Positions 13,268 to 26,200 of a stretch of 64,000 nt of DNA are shown here, in pieces. The notes under the pieces are model-generated. The model was not told the DNA's origin, did no database searches, and saw only the letters and a program-made list of their open reading frames with translations. The translations under genes and the position numbers were made by a program. Numbering within the stretch: position 1 is the first letter of the stretch; each line of letters starts with the position of its first letter. The DNA is from Mayamaea pseudoterrestris (taxonomy: Eukaryota), in NCBI GenBank assembly GCA_027923505.1, contig BROI01000036.1, positions 124,001 to 188,000 on the forward strand, written 5' to 3'.

Positions 13268-13606
13268 TAGAAAGATGATGATAGTAGGTGAGGGGGAGTT
13301 TTGGTTGTCTGATGGCCCATGGACTGGAGGATACGTTATCGCAGTGTCTCTTCTGCAAGATTGAATGGCGATCATCGCGTCACTCGTCGCGCAAACATCG
13401 TCGACTAGCTAGCTAGTCATGCATTGCAAGTATAATTTGGTATACAGTCAGTGCATATACAGTTACAGCTATTAGATTGAAACGCTATAATGTTGCAGCC
13501 AAAAGCTCCTTGGCTGACCGTCTTGCTCTCGTGCTGAGCAGTCGTCTCGACTCAACCTCGCGCCACCTTGCAAACTACACTCTCCCTCTCTCTCTACCAT
13601 CACTTC

Positions 13607-14875
13607 TCAATGAATCACATCCACTAAAAAGTCAAATATATCAGTCTTTTGAATCGCTTCCTTGACATCTTCCTTTTGCAGCGTCCGCCGCTTGTGCAGC
13701 TGCGAGTAGTTCCAGGCTCTCAAGCTCAAATCCAGTATAAACAACTCGCACGCCTTGGCGAAGAGCACGGGCGCCTCGGCGCTAATCATGCGGACATCCT
13801 CGTCCGACTTCATAATGCGCTTGATGCGCGCCAGCGGCAAGTCATTGTGATTCTTGAAATCGTGCTCCGATTGATTGGAGAGCGACACAATGTCGTGAAG
13901 GGCAATCTTCCAAAAATCGGCCAAGCTGGTGGATAGTTGCGCCTGAAAGGCGGGGCTGTTGGAATCGGGTGGCGCTGAATCGTGTTCGCCGTTGGCAATA
14001 TCAGTGGCGTGATGAGAATGATGCGCATGATGCTGCTGCTGCAGACTGCTGCTCGGTGTGGATGCAGCGTGATGATGCATCATGCTGGAGCTACTCGATG
14101 GTTTGGTGCTTGGCAATGTCATGTTCGTCAGCATATTGCTACTGCCTCCACTTGACGTCGCCTTCTTTTTATTCGCATCACTACCACCACTACCTTCATT
14201 ACCTCGATACATGCCCGCCTGAATCAAGGCTTGCGTATGCGCATGCACCAGCGCCTGCGCCTGCAGTTGAATCTGCGTCTGCATTTGCGCCGGCGTCATT
14301 GGCGCGCTGGACGAATTCGCATTACTACTACTACTATTCTTGCTCCGCGCCTGCACAATGGCTTGCGCCTGAATGTTGCTGAGCGCCACCACTTGCTGCG
14401 CCGTCATTGGCGTCAGCTGACTCGACTTGGAGGCCGCCTGCACCACGGCTTGTGCTTGCGCGGCCGCCTGCACCATGGCTTGGGCCTGCTGCTGGATTTG
14501 CTCCGGCGTAATGTTGGCCTGCTGGCCGCGCGCGGCGGCGGCTTGGAGCTGCTGCTGCAGTTGCTGTTGGAGCTGCTGCTGGATTTGTTGCTGGAGTGCA
14601 GTCGCGGCGGGTGATGGAGCTGATGTAGTGCTTGTAGTAGTAGTAGCTGATGGTGTAGTAGAAGAAGTACTTGCTGCTGCAGCGGCTGCAGGTTTCTTGG
14701 TGATTGACGCGGCCAGCGGATCGGGCGGAAGCGGACGCTTTGTACCGGCAGCTGCTGCTGCAGTGTCTGTTGCAGATGTAGCCGACGAAGCTTCCGGCTG
14801 CGGCTCTACCACGTCCTCGTCTCCCTCGACATCCTGCATGGCAATATCTTGGTCAATTTCTGGATCGACTTCCAT
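13607..14875 (-). CDS. NFYC: CCAAT-binding factor subunit C (NF-YC/HAP5) with Q/A-rich extension
   Basis: Histone fold LPLARIKRIMKSDEDVRMISAEAPVLFAKACELFI...KRRTLQKEDV..AIQKTDIFDFLVD. Confidence 0.93.
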   Translation of the reverse strand: MEVDPEIDQDIAMQDVEGDEDVVEPQPEASSATSATDTAAAAAGTKRPLPPDPLAASITKKPAAAAAASTSSTTPSATTTTSTTSAPSPAATALQQQIQQQLQQQLQQQLQAAAARGQQANITPEQIQQQAQAMVQAAAQAQAVVQAASKSSQLTPMTAQQVVALSNIQAQAIVQARSKNSSSSNANSSSAPMTPAQMQTQIQLQAQALVHAHTQALIQAGMYRGNEGSGGSDANKKKATSSGGSSNMLTNMTLPSTKPSSSSSMMHHHAASTPSSSLQQQHHAHHSHHATDIANGEHDSAPPDSNSPAFQAQLSTSLADFWKIALHDIVSLSNQSEHDFKNHNDLPLARIKRIMKSDEDVRMISAEAPVLFAKACELFILDLSLRAWNYSQLHKRRTLQKEDVKEAIQKTDIFDFLVDVIH

Positions 14876-15197
14876 TTTGTGTTTCTGTATAAGTACTTTG
14901 CTGTTGCTGCTATCAGGTTCAATTCGTTCCGATTCGCTCTCGAATGCTGACGCTAGAATCCTTCCCTTTAGTAGTCTCTGTTACAGTGATCGACAAGAAT
15001 ATAGTATAGTACAATATCTTCTATTTACTGGGTCGCCTGGAATCTTCTTCTCGTCGCTTCGCTGGCACTGGCACGATTCTTGGGTGCGCCCACTCGAAAT
15101 CCAACCATTTTTCTTGAGTGGCTCTGGTGCGTTGCAGCGTCTGTCCATCGATATTGATTACCGGTGTGAGGTAAGTATCGCTGCGGCATGAAGCGAA

Positions 15198-15206
15198 ACG
15201 TCAGTC
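15198..15206 (+). promoter_or_regulatory. ACGTCAGTC motif upstream of PGP
   Basis: Same 9-mer as at FBAC1, 112 bp upstream of ATG 15310. Confidence 0.4.
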
Positions 15207-15309
15207 GTCGAGCAAGCTTCGTTCCACCATGACGAACAACCAAAGCGCCTTGACAAAAGCGGCAGGCCTTTTACTCTTCCTCCACCAATTTACTTGCATC
15301 GTTAATACT

Positions 15310-16566
15310 ATGAAATTCACTCGATCGACTCTGGTTGCTTCACTAGCATTCACTCGCTTGACTAGCGTGGCAGCCTTTGCTGCGCCGTTTCGATCGTCGT
15401 CCGCCTTTGTGTCATCGTCAAGCTCGCAGCAACATGTTTTGACGCGCAACAACAATCGCAATCAGCAGCATCGCCTCTTTGCCAGCGTTTCGAAACTGCA
15501 GGATCCGCAGTCGGAACTCCTCGACAAGACGGATGTATTCATCTTTGACTGCGACGGCGTCATTTGGAGGGTTAGTGCGTTTCAGTTTCCTCGACAAGTG
15601 AACATGAATGAATGATGAATGAATGAATGAGAAGTTATATTACTTTGAACGATGCAAAAATCAGTCGCAGTTGCGTTAATCCGCTTGTGTCCCTCAAGTT
15701 CGACTGCTCACATATCTTTCCCTCACTCCACTCTCCACTCTATCCCATTTACACAGGGCGACTCGCTCATTCCAGGCATTCCCGAAACACTGGCGCGCCT
15801 TCGACAAGCGGGAAAAAAGCTTTTCTTTGTCACAAACAATTCCACCAAGAGTCGCGCCGGCTACAAGAAAAAGTTTGACTCGCTGGGACTCGATTCGATT
15901 CCAGCCGAGGAAATCTTTTCCTCCAGTTTTGCGGCGGCCGCCTACTTGGAGCAAACCAACTTTAAAGCAACCGGAAAGAAGGTTTACATTATTGGCGAAT
16001 CCGGCATTGGCGACGAACTCGACTTGATTAACGTTCCCTACATTGGCGGACCAGCCGACAAGGATTTGCAACCAAACATGGGCGCCGGTGGCACATTGAC
16101 CGTGGACCCTGACGTTGGCGCAATCATTGTCGGATTCGATCGCTACATTAATTACTACAAGATTCAGTACGCGCAGCTGTGCATCAACGAGCACGACGCG
16201 CAGTTCATTGCCACGAATTTGGACGCCGTGACGCATTTGACCGACGCGCAGGAGTGGGCCGGCAACGGCAGCATGGTGGGGGCCATCAAAGGATGCACTG
16301 GTAAAGAACCAATCGTTGTTGGCAAGCCGAGTCCATTGATGATTGAGTATTTGGAAACCAAATATGGCATGGATCGATCGCGCATCTGCATGGTGGGTGA
16401 TCGACTTGATACCGACGTGTTGTTTGGCACGGACAATGGACTGCAGAGTGTGCTGGTGTTGAGTGGAGTCACGTCGGAAGCCAAGCTACTGAGTGCGGAG
16501 AATGAAATTACTCCCGACTACTATTGTGACGATATTAATGCATTCTTTGCCAAGGTGGCAGTTTAA
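15310..16566 (+). CDS. PGP: Plastid 2-phosphoglycolate phosphatase (HAD IIA); exons 15310-15570, 15757-16566
   Basis: Bipartite VAA-FAAP presequence; FIFDCDGVIWR|GD, FVTNNSTKSR, QEWAGNGSMVG, VGKPS, CMVGDRLDTDVLFG. Confidence 0.93.
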
Positions 16567-17220
16567 ACAATTGAGTTGGAAGAGTACTTGTAGTAACGTG
16601 AGTGACGGCAACAATGACCTTTCATTGTCTGCGATGCGCGATGCGAAACAACGCTGCTGCTCGAGCGGCACCGCAGCTTAAATCACCCTAATTCCTTTGG
16701 TACTATTACAATGTACATAGGTTACTAACCTCAGGTCAAAGGTAGCGTTGCTTTCAGTGTTACGCAATCGCAAATTAATTATCGTAGGCTTGGGCATTGG
16801 CGACCAACTTGTACGACTGACGAATGACTACTCGAAACATCAAGGACTTTTGTGCCACACTTTGCACTATACTGATAAACCAGCAATTGTAATAGCAGAC
16901 ATTTTCGGCGGTCATTTTCCGTTTCGTTCGGCCAAAATTTCATCAACGATGCGACGCAAGACACTCATGCCATCATTCGAAGACCGACTAAACTGCACAC
17001 CAACTCGAATAATTTGCTGCTGCTGCTATATACAGACTATTGTTTCTAGCTACTATTGAGTTATAAAGCTTGGGAGTGAGGAGAGAGGAAAGAGGATTTG
17101 ACCAAGAGTTTTGAACAAGCGAGTTGGCTCCGCCGTTGCACCTCGTCTTGGCGCACTTTGAATTCCAAATCGAAGGCGAATCAGCAGTCAGCAAACAGAA
17201 GAATCTATCAATCAAGCAAC

Positions 17221-20200
17221 ATGCCGTTTGGATGGTTCGATCGAAATGCAGCAGCAGCAAGTAAAGTTTTTGACAGTGACTTGGCAGTGGGAGGCTTTGG
17301 ACAGGCCGAAGACTTGCAGAAATCTCGCGTTGATCCGCGACTAGCAGGAGCAGCAAATGGTCAAGGCCATACGAAACATACCATGTCACTGGATCAGCAC
17401 TTGGCAGCGACGAATCATAATTTGAATAATGCTGCTGCTGCTGCTGCTGCTGCTACTAATACATTCAAGGACCCGCTGGTCGAAGACGACGATGAGCAAA
17501 TCTCCATTGACACGTTTGATTTAATGCCGCCAGATGACTTGAGCGGCTCCTTTCGCAGTGACGACGACAGTTTCATACGAAAGCCGCTGTTCGAGGAAGG
17601 CTTGTATCAAGTAAATGATGATGATGATAGTGAACATGACGATGATTCGCTGGGCGGAACCAACTTGGCCAAAAAATTTCTGATGAATGGATCCTTTCGC
17701 GTCTCGCCGAAAACAAGTGGAGACGAAGATGACAATAGCAGTGACAGTGACGACGATGAAGACGATGCGCAAAGGCTCGAGGCAATCATGAAACGGTCAA
17801 ATGGAAATGCAGAGGTGTCGTCATCGAGCAAAGCAATCGTTCCGGACGACAATTACGAAGATAATACACGCAACAATATACAATCACTCTCAGCAGTCGG
17901 AAAAGCAAATTTTTCTGAATCTGCCATGCATGAAACGGAAGCAGCCGCTGCAACGAGCACATTTTCACGCGCTAGTAGTCTCATGGCGCGTGTCCGACGG
18001 ACAGTTCCATCAACATCCGAAGCAGCAGAAGCGGCAATTGAAACAACGCAGCAATCCACAGCCACGACAAGTGCAACGCAGCAATCCACATCTTTAGTTG
18101 ATGAGAAAAGTACTCTGAACGACGAGTCGAATCGATCCACTGCGTCAACGGCGGCATCCACCACTGCCACTGCTTCCTACACGTCCGCTATTGGCAAACG
18201 AGCGTCGCTCCTCGTGGCGGCCACGGTCAAGGCAACGACAAATACAACACCAATTGATCCATTGGCGACTACTAGTAACGATAGTTTGGATGAAGAGCAT
18301 GATAACGACGAATCGAGTCATAATGATGGCAACGTTTCGCGCACCGCCTGTCACGAGTCCTCGGCTAGCGTAGACTTGCCTGGAATTTACCAGTCACAAA
18401 CTAACACATCTGGATCCACCGACGATGGAGACGATGATTTTATGAAGGAGTTTTCGCGCGACTTGCGGCCAAGTGGCTCCGAGGATAGTCATTCGCCGGG
18501 CAACAATAGCTCGTCGAGTGGGTCGGACGATGGCGCCGCCATGGCAAGGATTGGTGCCTTGATGCAACGAGAAACCATGCCCTTGACTGCCACTGCAAGT
18601 AGTCCGGAGAGCCACGCAGCTTCAGAGACACTAAACAATATCAGTAGTGGCAGCGTTTCCGACAATGATGGTTCGTCAGAACAGCAGTCTCCACTATTTT
18701 CAACTTCTTTGGCGTCATCGCATGAAGATTCGCTTGGAGAAAGGCATGTTAGCGATATGGATAGTCCACTGCGGTCGTCCCGAGACGAATCCTCACCAGA
18801 AAGCCAAACGTCAAGCTCGGCAGCTGCATCATCGACACGCAAATACGGCTTGCCCAGATCCTTTCCGCTTGGTTCGCCTTTGCAAGCCATGAGGCGAGCA
18901 TCGCAACGGGGTCGTGAAATCATACAGCATGCAGTGGAGAATCTCGTCGAGGAAACGGAGCATGATCAGACCGAACGCGTCGATGACGACGGAGTGGTGG
19001 TGGAAAAAGTGGCAGAAGTAGCTAGTTGCACCCTTGCCACGCAGAATACGACGACGAACATGCTGTTTAACAAGAGCAACTCCAGTAGAGACGAAAATGA
19101 TCGAAGTGGTTCTGTGATAAGGGAGGAAGAGCCATCGGACGCGTCCGAGAATGACATCTGGTTGGACGATCAAGGTGGCACATCTAGTCGCCTCGCAGAA
19201 CTGCTTTCTCCTGCTACAACCGCACAACACGGCGAGGAGGACGAGTCGGGTTCGCACGACGAGGAAAAGAGTCGCCGATCCGAAGATGAGTTGGGCTCGC
19301 AGTCAACAAACTATTCGATGAACGGCAACTTTGCAAACTCGCAACTGGATGAGGATGGTTCGTGCTCTAAAAGTGATGTCAGTCGCAGCTCCAATGATTC
19401 GGATTCTCAGTCGATCAATCAAGAGGCCGACACTGTGTTAAAATCTCCTTTTGAACAAGCACCTTCATCATCGCAAACAAATGGTCTAACCTTCAATTCG
19501 CAAGACAGTACTTCGAATTGCTGCTCAGACAATTTACATTTACCAAAACACGCCCATGACGACGAGGTAAACGAATCGATAATCGCCAAGTCGCAAAGCT
19601 TGCCTGATGATGAATTATCGCGCTCTGATCCCGATGATGCGAGTGACAGCTCTGGTGATTCAGTATCAACTTCCAATTATTGCGATACGAATGATGAATC
19701 GTCGAATAGGAGTGAAGCACATAGCAGTGACAAGGTCGACTCGGACCGAGAAGGCAGGAGCTATCGCTCGCACGAGGTCAACGAATCAATAAATGTCGCC
19801 GGGTCACAAAGGTTGACCGAGCGCTCTGATCCCCATGACGCGAGTTCCAGCTATCATGATTCAGTTTCTTGCAATACGAATGAATCATCGGATAGGAGTG
19901 AAGCACATAGCGGCGACGAGTCCAACTCGGACAGAGAAGATAGAAGAAACCGCTCGCAGAGCTATTCTTCCGAATCTTTAAGCCGACATTCAGACAAGGG
20001 GAGCTCACGCATGTCTGATTCGGAAAGGTCAGGACTAGATGATAACTTTACAGCCTGTAGCACTGACGATGTGCGCCATGTATCGTGCCAGTCGGACCCG
20101 CAGTCATCAAGCCAGGAAGCTGACAATGAAGCAGAATCTATATTCGAACCAATTATTCAGCGAAAACATATGGACAAAGCAGAGTCCGATTTTGATATGG

Positions 20201-23200
20201 ATCATATAGCGACACACACCTTCCAAAGTGAAGATTTCCCACCAGGGACGGATAAATTGGGTTCAGACTCTGGAAATGAATCCGACTTTGGAGATGAGAG
20301 CGGACCTTGTGGCAATTTGGTGTCGGCGCCATTTAGCCAGCATCTGGAAGACGCAACCTTCGCATCTGTTAAATTATCAAAGAGTTCAGACGTAGTTGTG
20401 GCGCGGCAGCCGCCAGCTTTGGCGCACGCAACCGGCGAAGCAGATTGGAGTGACAGAGGTTGTATGTCAAGCAAATCTGAAAAGGAGGCGAGTGATACAT
20501 CGTGTCATGGGTCGCGAAATTCTCAAGAGTTTGAAGAAATTATTTTGCCCATCAATTACGAGGCAACTGTTCTTCAAAAAAATGGCTTGCTGAAGAACAC
20601 ACGAGACGGCAAATCGGACGAGGCTCGGCAACGAGCTGCACTAGCTTTACAAAAGGCAGGTATCTCGATCAGTCCAGACGAAGTCGATTTTGATGGGAGT
20701 AGTGCCCACTTAGATTGCGATTCTTCAGCGGATATGCAGGCAGGTGAAGGTTACAACGGCAGTCAAACCCTTTTGACTTTACAAGATACAGATGATAGAC
20801 CGACGACCGAGCCAGTGGAAGCGAACCAGATCCATTTACCAGTCATCGACGCTCAGAAACAAGCAGCTCTGGCTTTGCAACGAGCCGGCATCTCCATGGA
20901 GCCCTTTGAAGTGCAATTTGAAAACAGTCAGTCCAGTACTGATTATAAATCTTCAAAAAGTGACAACGAGGAGGATAGAATCAGCAATGGCCAGTCGAAT
21001 TCTCATATCCAGTTTGAAGATCCAGCGTTTGGGGATAATCAAACGAGCGATCTAACGAAACCTAATGATTACGAGTTTACCGATGATGCTCGGCAACGAG
21101 CAGCATCGGCCTTGCAGCGAGCTGGCATATCCATTCAGGCCGACGAAGTAGATTTTGAAGGCAGCCGTTCTAACTTTGATGACGAAGCTTCGGACAGTAA
21201 TAGTGAGGAAAATGAGGGCAGTCAAACGGCACGAAAGGGAATGGCAGATGTGACTTTTGGATCACCATTGCAGGAAGAGTCTGACGAAATACAGCCGTTG
21301 CAAAATGTATCAGATAGCGATGCTCGCCATCGAGCTGCCCTCGCGTTGCAACGTGCAGGTATTTCTATTGAGCCCGATGAGGTAGACTTTGATGGCAGTC
21401 ATACTGATATGAATTACCATTCGTCAGACAGTGACAGTCAAGATGCTGACAACGTGTCGGAGTTAAAGAATGGAGAGGACACAGAATGCGTTTTTCAACG
21501 AACATCTAAACGAATCATCGAGAATGACAGGCCGAATTTTAGCTGGAGGGAGGACAGTGCGGCTTGCGATAAAAATGAGGAAGATTGCACAGTGGTTGAG
21601 CAGAATTCTGGGCGCGAGGAGCGCGAATTTAATGTAAGAGCAGCTGACCCCGATTCAGCGTCTTTGTCGAATAGTAATCGTACGCAGTCCCCACTGAATG
21701 CACGCGACGACGGCACAACTTTGCAACAATCATCTTATGCGTCAATGGAAGATGGTTTGTTGCAGCTCGACGGACGGAGAATCGACAACATTAGCCAGTC
21801 CGATGCCTTTTGTTCCGCGAGTGGTGAATCTGCAGTCGTCCCTGGTTCGAAGATGTATTTCATCGACGGTCGAGTTGACGCCAGCGGCGGGAGTTTTAAC
21901 GACAGTCGCCTGTGCGACTACGAAGCAAGACCAGTCGACGCGCCTGTTTCAATAAATTTAGATTCTGCAACAGCTGCTGCTTGGGCAGAGGGTTTCGAAG
22001 GTTCTGTCACATTAACGAATGTTCAACAATCTACAGCTGCTTCTAAAACACAAGCTCATTATTCGAGGATAGGCGTCCAAACAAGTGTTAATGATTCAGA
22101 CGACGACGAAATGGTTTTTAGTCCTAAACGTCTGGGCGCTTCTTACCGAAACCTTGGCGATTCCGCTTCAGCTATGGAAAAGCATTATAGAAAACAAGGT
22201 GACACGAGCACATTACCGCCACTGGTTGCAACAGACACCGGCAATCAAAATGTTGCGAGTATATTAGATCAACAAACGGACATGCGAATTATGTCCTTAG
22301 CGAACGAGACGCCTGTTTTGCTGCCAGAGATGACGTTGATTTCGAACGATCTTCCTGCTAATTCTGCTTTGCCCGCCAAGGTGCCTAGTGATGGAATTGT
22401 CACCGATGTTGCCGAATACGACGTACAAGGCAAAGAAGAAGCCGACGGCGAATGTAATTTTGGCAACCGCGATGATCACGAAAATGAACGTGGCGGCGTG
22501 ACAGCATCGTCGGACGATGCCTTTTCTATGTTGTTCAAGGATAAGGCTTCGGAATCATTCAACGATTCAACGTCCAAATTCCTCTTTCCAAATGTAATGG
22601 ACGATGATTCGTCTAGTGAATGCGATGATGCAATAGGCTCAGACACAGATGACAGCGAAGGTGACAGCGACGAGGAAGAATTGATGAGAATAATGAAGCT
22701 AGCTGAGAAACTTGGCCCTCAGGAACGAGTGGGCTCGCCTGAAACTCTTGACGGTGGTGCAGAGCCGACGTCGGCAGGCGACGGAGCAGGTCGTCAGCAT
22801 GATGCTCGCATCGATAACAAAACAGAAAGCGTTGTTGATGTCTGCACGAAAACTAACGACAGCGACAACACTTCTCAGTTAGTGCCACCGGCAAATGATA
22901 CGAATTACCCTGTAATGCATGCTTTAGGAGAGCATGCTTTTGTCGGCGCAAGCTTTGAACAGAAATTTCCAGCAGAAGCAGCAAAATCGAGCGATTCGGA
23001 CGCCGTGTCAGGAGCTACCAAAAATGACATGGGTGCAGCTGATGTCCTCGTACTATCGTCAAGAGATGACGAGTCTGAGATTTCATTGGGAAGCGGCAGC
23101 GATGTATGTAGTTCCGACTGGTCTGGCTCGTATGAAACAGATACTGATGCATCATCGTCTAGTGACAGCGGTGGGAGCGACGAAGAGCTAGACGACGATG

Positions 23201-26200
23201 ACGAACGTATACCCGGCAAACTTGTAGTGAAAGAAGCGCCACTGCTTCGCCTAGAGAATGTCACGTCAATGACGAGGAACTATGTTGGGTCTGATGCGAC
23301 GAAGAAACCACAAAATGCTGGTGGGTGGGGCTTGTTTGGATGGGGAAAGAAAGGCTCATCTGCGACGACTTCGCTGCCGGCGAATGTCTCTAGTGTTGAT
23401 ATTATCGCGCCAGATTCCACCCATTCTAAATCGACAGGTGTGCCTGTGAAAGGAAAGGATGAAAAAGTGAAAAAGAAGAAGAAGAGACGACGTCGGAAGA
23501 AGCAAATTTCTGAACCAAGCGTTGCAGATAATAATTCGCTCGCGTCGCTTAACGTTCCCACGACAAAAAGTCCGACAAACACAAACAACGACGACGACGC
23601 CGGCAGCAGTAGTTTGCTTGCCGTATCACAGCACACGCAACGCACGGACGCACAAGATACAGCTCACACTTCTCAATCGAAAACATTGACTACAAGCCCT
23701 GTGCCTGTGTCAGTCACGAAAAGTTTGGCTACACTTTCTCCGATGCCGTCAGTTCGATCATCCTTGGGCACCCCGCTAAAGAAGAAGAAAAGCAAGAAAG
23801 ATAAAGGAAAGAAAAGGGGTTCCGACCTCACTAGCCACCTCGCAAAGACAACTCGGAAAGTGAACCAGTATGGCGATGAAGTTAGCGTGGGAACAAACCA
23901 TCTCCATGAAGCGCCTTTGTCAGCCGACAAGACCAAATTGATCGTTCTGAAGAATGCAGCAATTTATGATGAAGATGAAGAAGATTCAAAAAAGCCTTGG
24001 CAAGATGCTCTTGGCACACCCAAAAAACAGCGTCGCGCAACGGTTGCATTTCGTCAAAGATCCGCTCGTGCAAAGTCAATCGCCATACACTCTATCAATA
24101 AATACAACCCTAATTCAATGGGTATGGGTACAATTGACGAGATCAAAGCAGCCAAGGATGCGCTGGAGGGCATGAGTGCGGAATTTGGCAGCGATGGTTC
24201 AAATGGCAGCGACGAGAATAAATTGAAAAGCTCACGAAAAAACAAATTGATCATGGACCATGGCAGTCTCCATACAATAAACGATGCGGAATTGGGTCAG
24301 ATTGACGAGGGAGACGATGAAGAAAAGTCAGACGGCGACCATAACAGAGCTGACTCAGATTCCTCTAGGCCAAGCGACTCGGAAAATGAACTAAAAGAGG
24401 ATGAATTAAACGATCTTGCCCATCTGACGGAGCTGGAAGCGGAACTTACGGAGCAGCCAGTCGATTTTGACGATATGTGGGACACTGTTTCGTGCGACCT
24501 TTCCGTCTTTCAAGATTATGAGATTAGAAAAAGGTTTAACGAACGAAAGAAGATTCGCAAGCAGATGCAACGCGAACGAGCAAAAGAGGAACGGCAGGCG
24601 AAAGCAACTCCGCGGCTTCGGCTTTTTGAAAAGGCAAAGCGCGACATGGTACCCTCAACAATCATTAGACCCACACGAAAACCACAGTCAACAAAAGACT
24701 CTCGTCTGACAGACGAGTTTCTCTCCGCCATCCACCGCGTGTTCGATGAAGAGGACGGTGCCATAGAAAGTTTGTCGGAGGATGAGAAATCACTTTCCAA
24801 AAAACCATATCAGACTATCCAGCGCAGTGGAAGTGAGAAATCACTCTACCTGGTTCAAAAGAATGAGTTGGGAGAGCTCTTGTCAGATGATGAGGATGAT
24901 AATGAGAGCAAGTCTGACGATGACACTTATATCGGCAGTGTTGTTTCAGGCGTAAGTCGTCAATCAAGAGAATCAATCACACGAAAGGGCGTCCGACGAG
25001 GGAGACGGCCAAGACAGCCAAAAAAGTCGCGCTCAAAGTCAATTCGAAACAGGCGGAACCACTCTACTGCTCCGACTATAGATCCAGCTATCATTTTTGA
25101 AGCAGAGCTGCGCCGGCAGAAACAGAGCAAGGTTGTAACAATTTCCGGCTTGAAGCAAGAAATGAATGATCGTCGCGGAACGACAATAAAACTACTGAAG
25201 AAGGAGTTTGCCGATCGGAATAGGATGACCAGCATGTCAATGCCAACAAACAATAACGACGGAAAGCGAGGCTTTCGAAACGATCGGGGAGACGCCGACG
25301 GCTTCGACGCCATTGCGTCTCATGGATTTGGCAGCGATGATATATTCGGAAGTGCCAAGAAGGATGATGCAAATATCAGTCAGGATATTCCCAAAACTCC
25401 TCAAGTCGCAAAGCAGCAGGTTGTTCGGAAAACATCCAATTTGGACAATCACTTTTCCAGGTGGGACACGTCCACCATGAGCATCACGAGCCTCGACGAC
25501 TTGGCAACGGTCCAGAACTCACCGACTGCTCCTACTGGACTCTTGGGTGCCGCATTTGCTGGTACAACGGCTATCGCTGGCAATGCTATTGCAGGGACAA
25601 CGGCACTCGCTGGCAACGCCTATGCCGGCACGACCACATTGGCCAGCAATGCGATTTCAGGAACGACGGCACTAGCTGGCACTGCATTGAGTGCAATCCC
25701 GGACCTAGACAATTTAAAAATGCCACACATGTCACCCATGCACATGCCGTCTGTTCCCAGCATGCCATCCTTTAGCTTGCCCAACATTCCTGGGCTAAGT
25801 GGTGCTAGTGGCGGCAGTGGAAACAACTCGAGCAACAATAGCGTCACGGCTGACGACCTTCCATCCATGAGTCCCCGCAAATCGCCTCGCATGCCAGTGA
25901 CGCGAGTTAAGAAGAAGTCTGATCGCAATGACGATTTCGGCGAACCATTTCCTCTCACAACTGTCCCAGAGAAGGAATCCGATGACGAAAACGAGATTGG
26001 ATTGCTTTCGAATGGAGGCGACGGCTGGTTTGACGACGACAATAACGGCGGCAACATGGCCAAGGCTCATCCAACGAGTCCCAATCGACCCGGCTTGACT
26101 CGCCGCCTCAGTCAAGCAACCAAGAGCTTTAAAATCAGCGCTCCCGCCATGAAGTTTAAAATGCCAAAAATGCCCAAGCGAGGAGGCGGCAATGGATTCC

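Noticed and set aside
14427..15191. 254-aa Cys/Ala-rich plus-strand ORF
   Set aside because: Antisense reading of the CAG/GCA-rich NF-YC low-complexity region.
15604..15630. (ATGA)n run in the PGP intron
   Set aside because: Ordinary short microsatellite.
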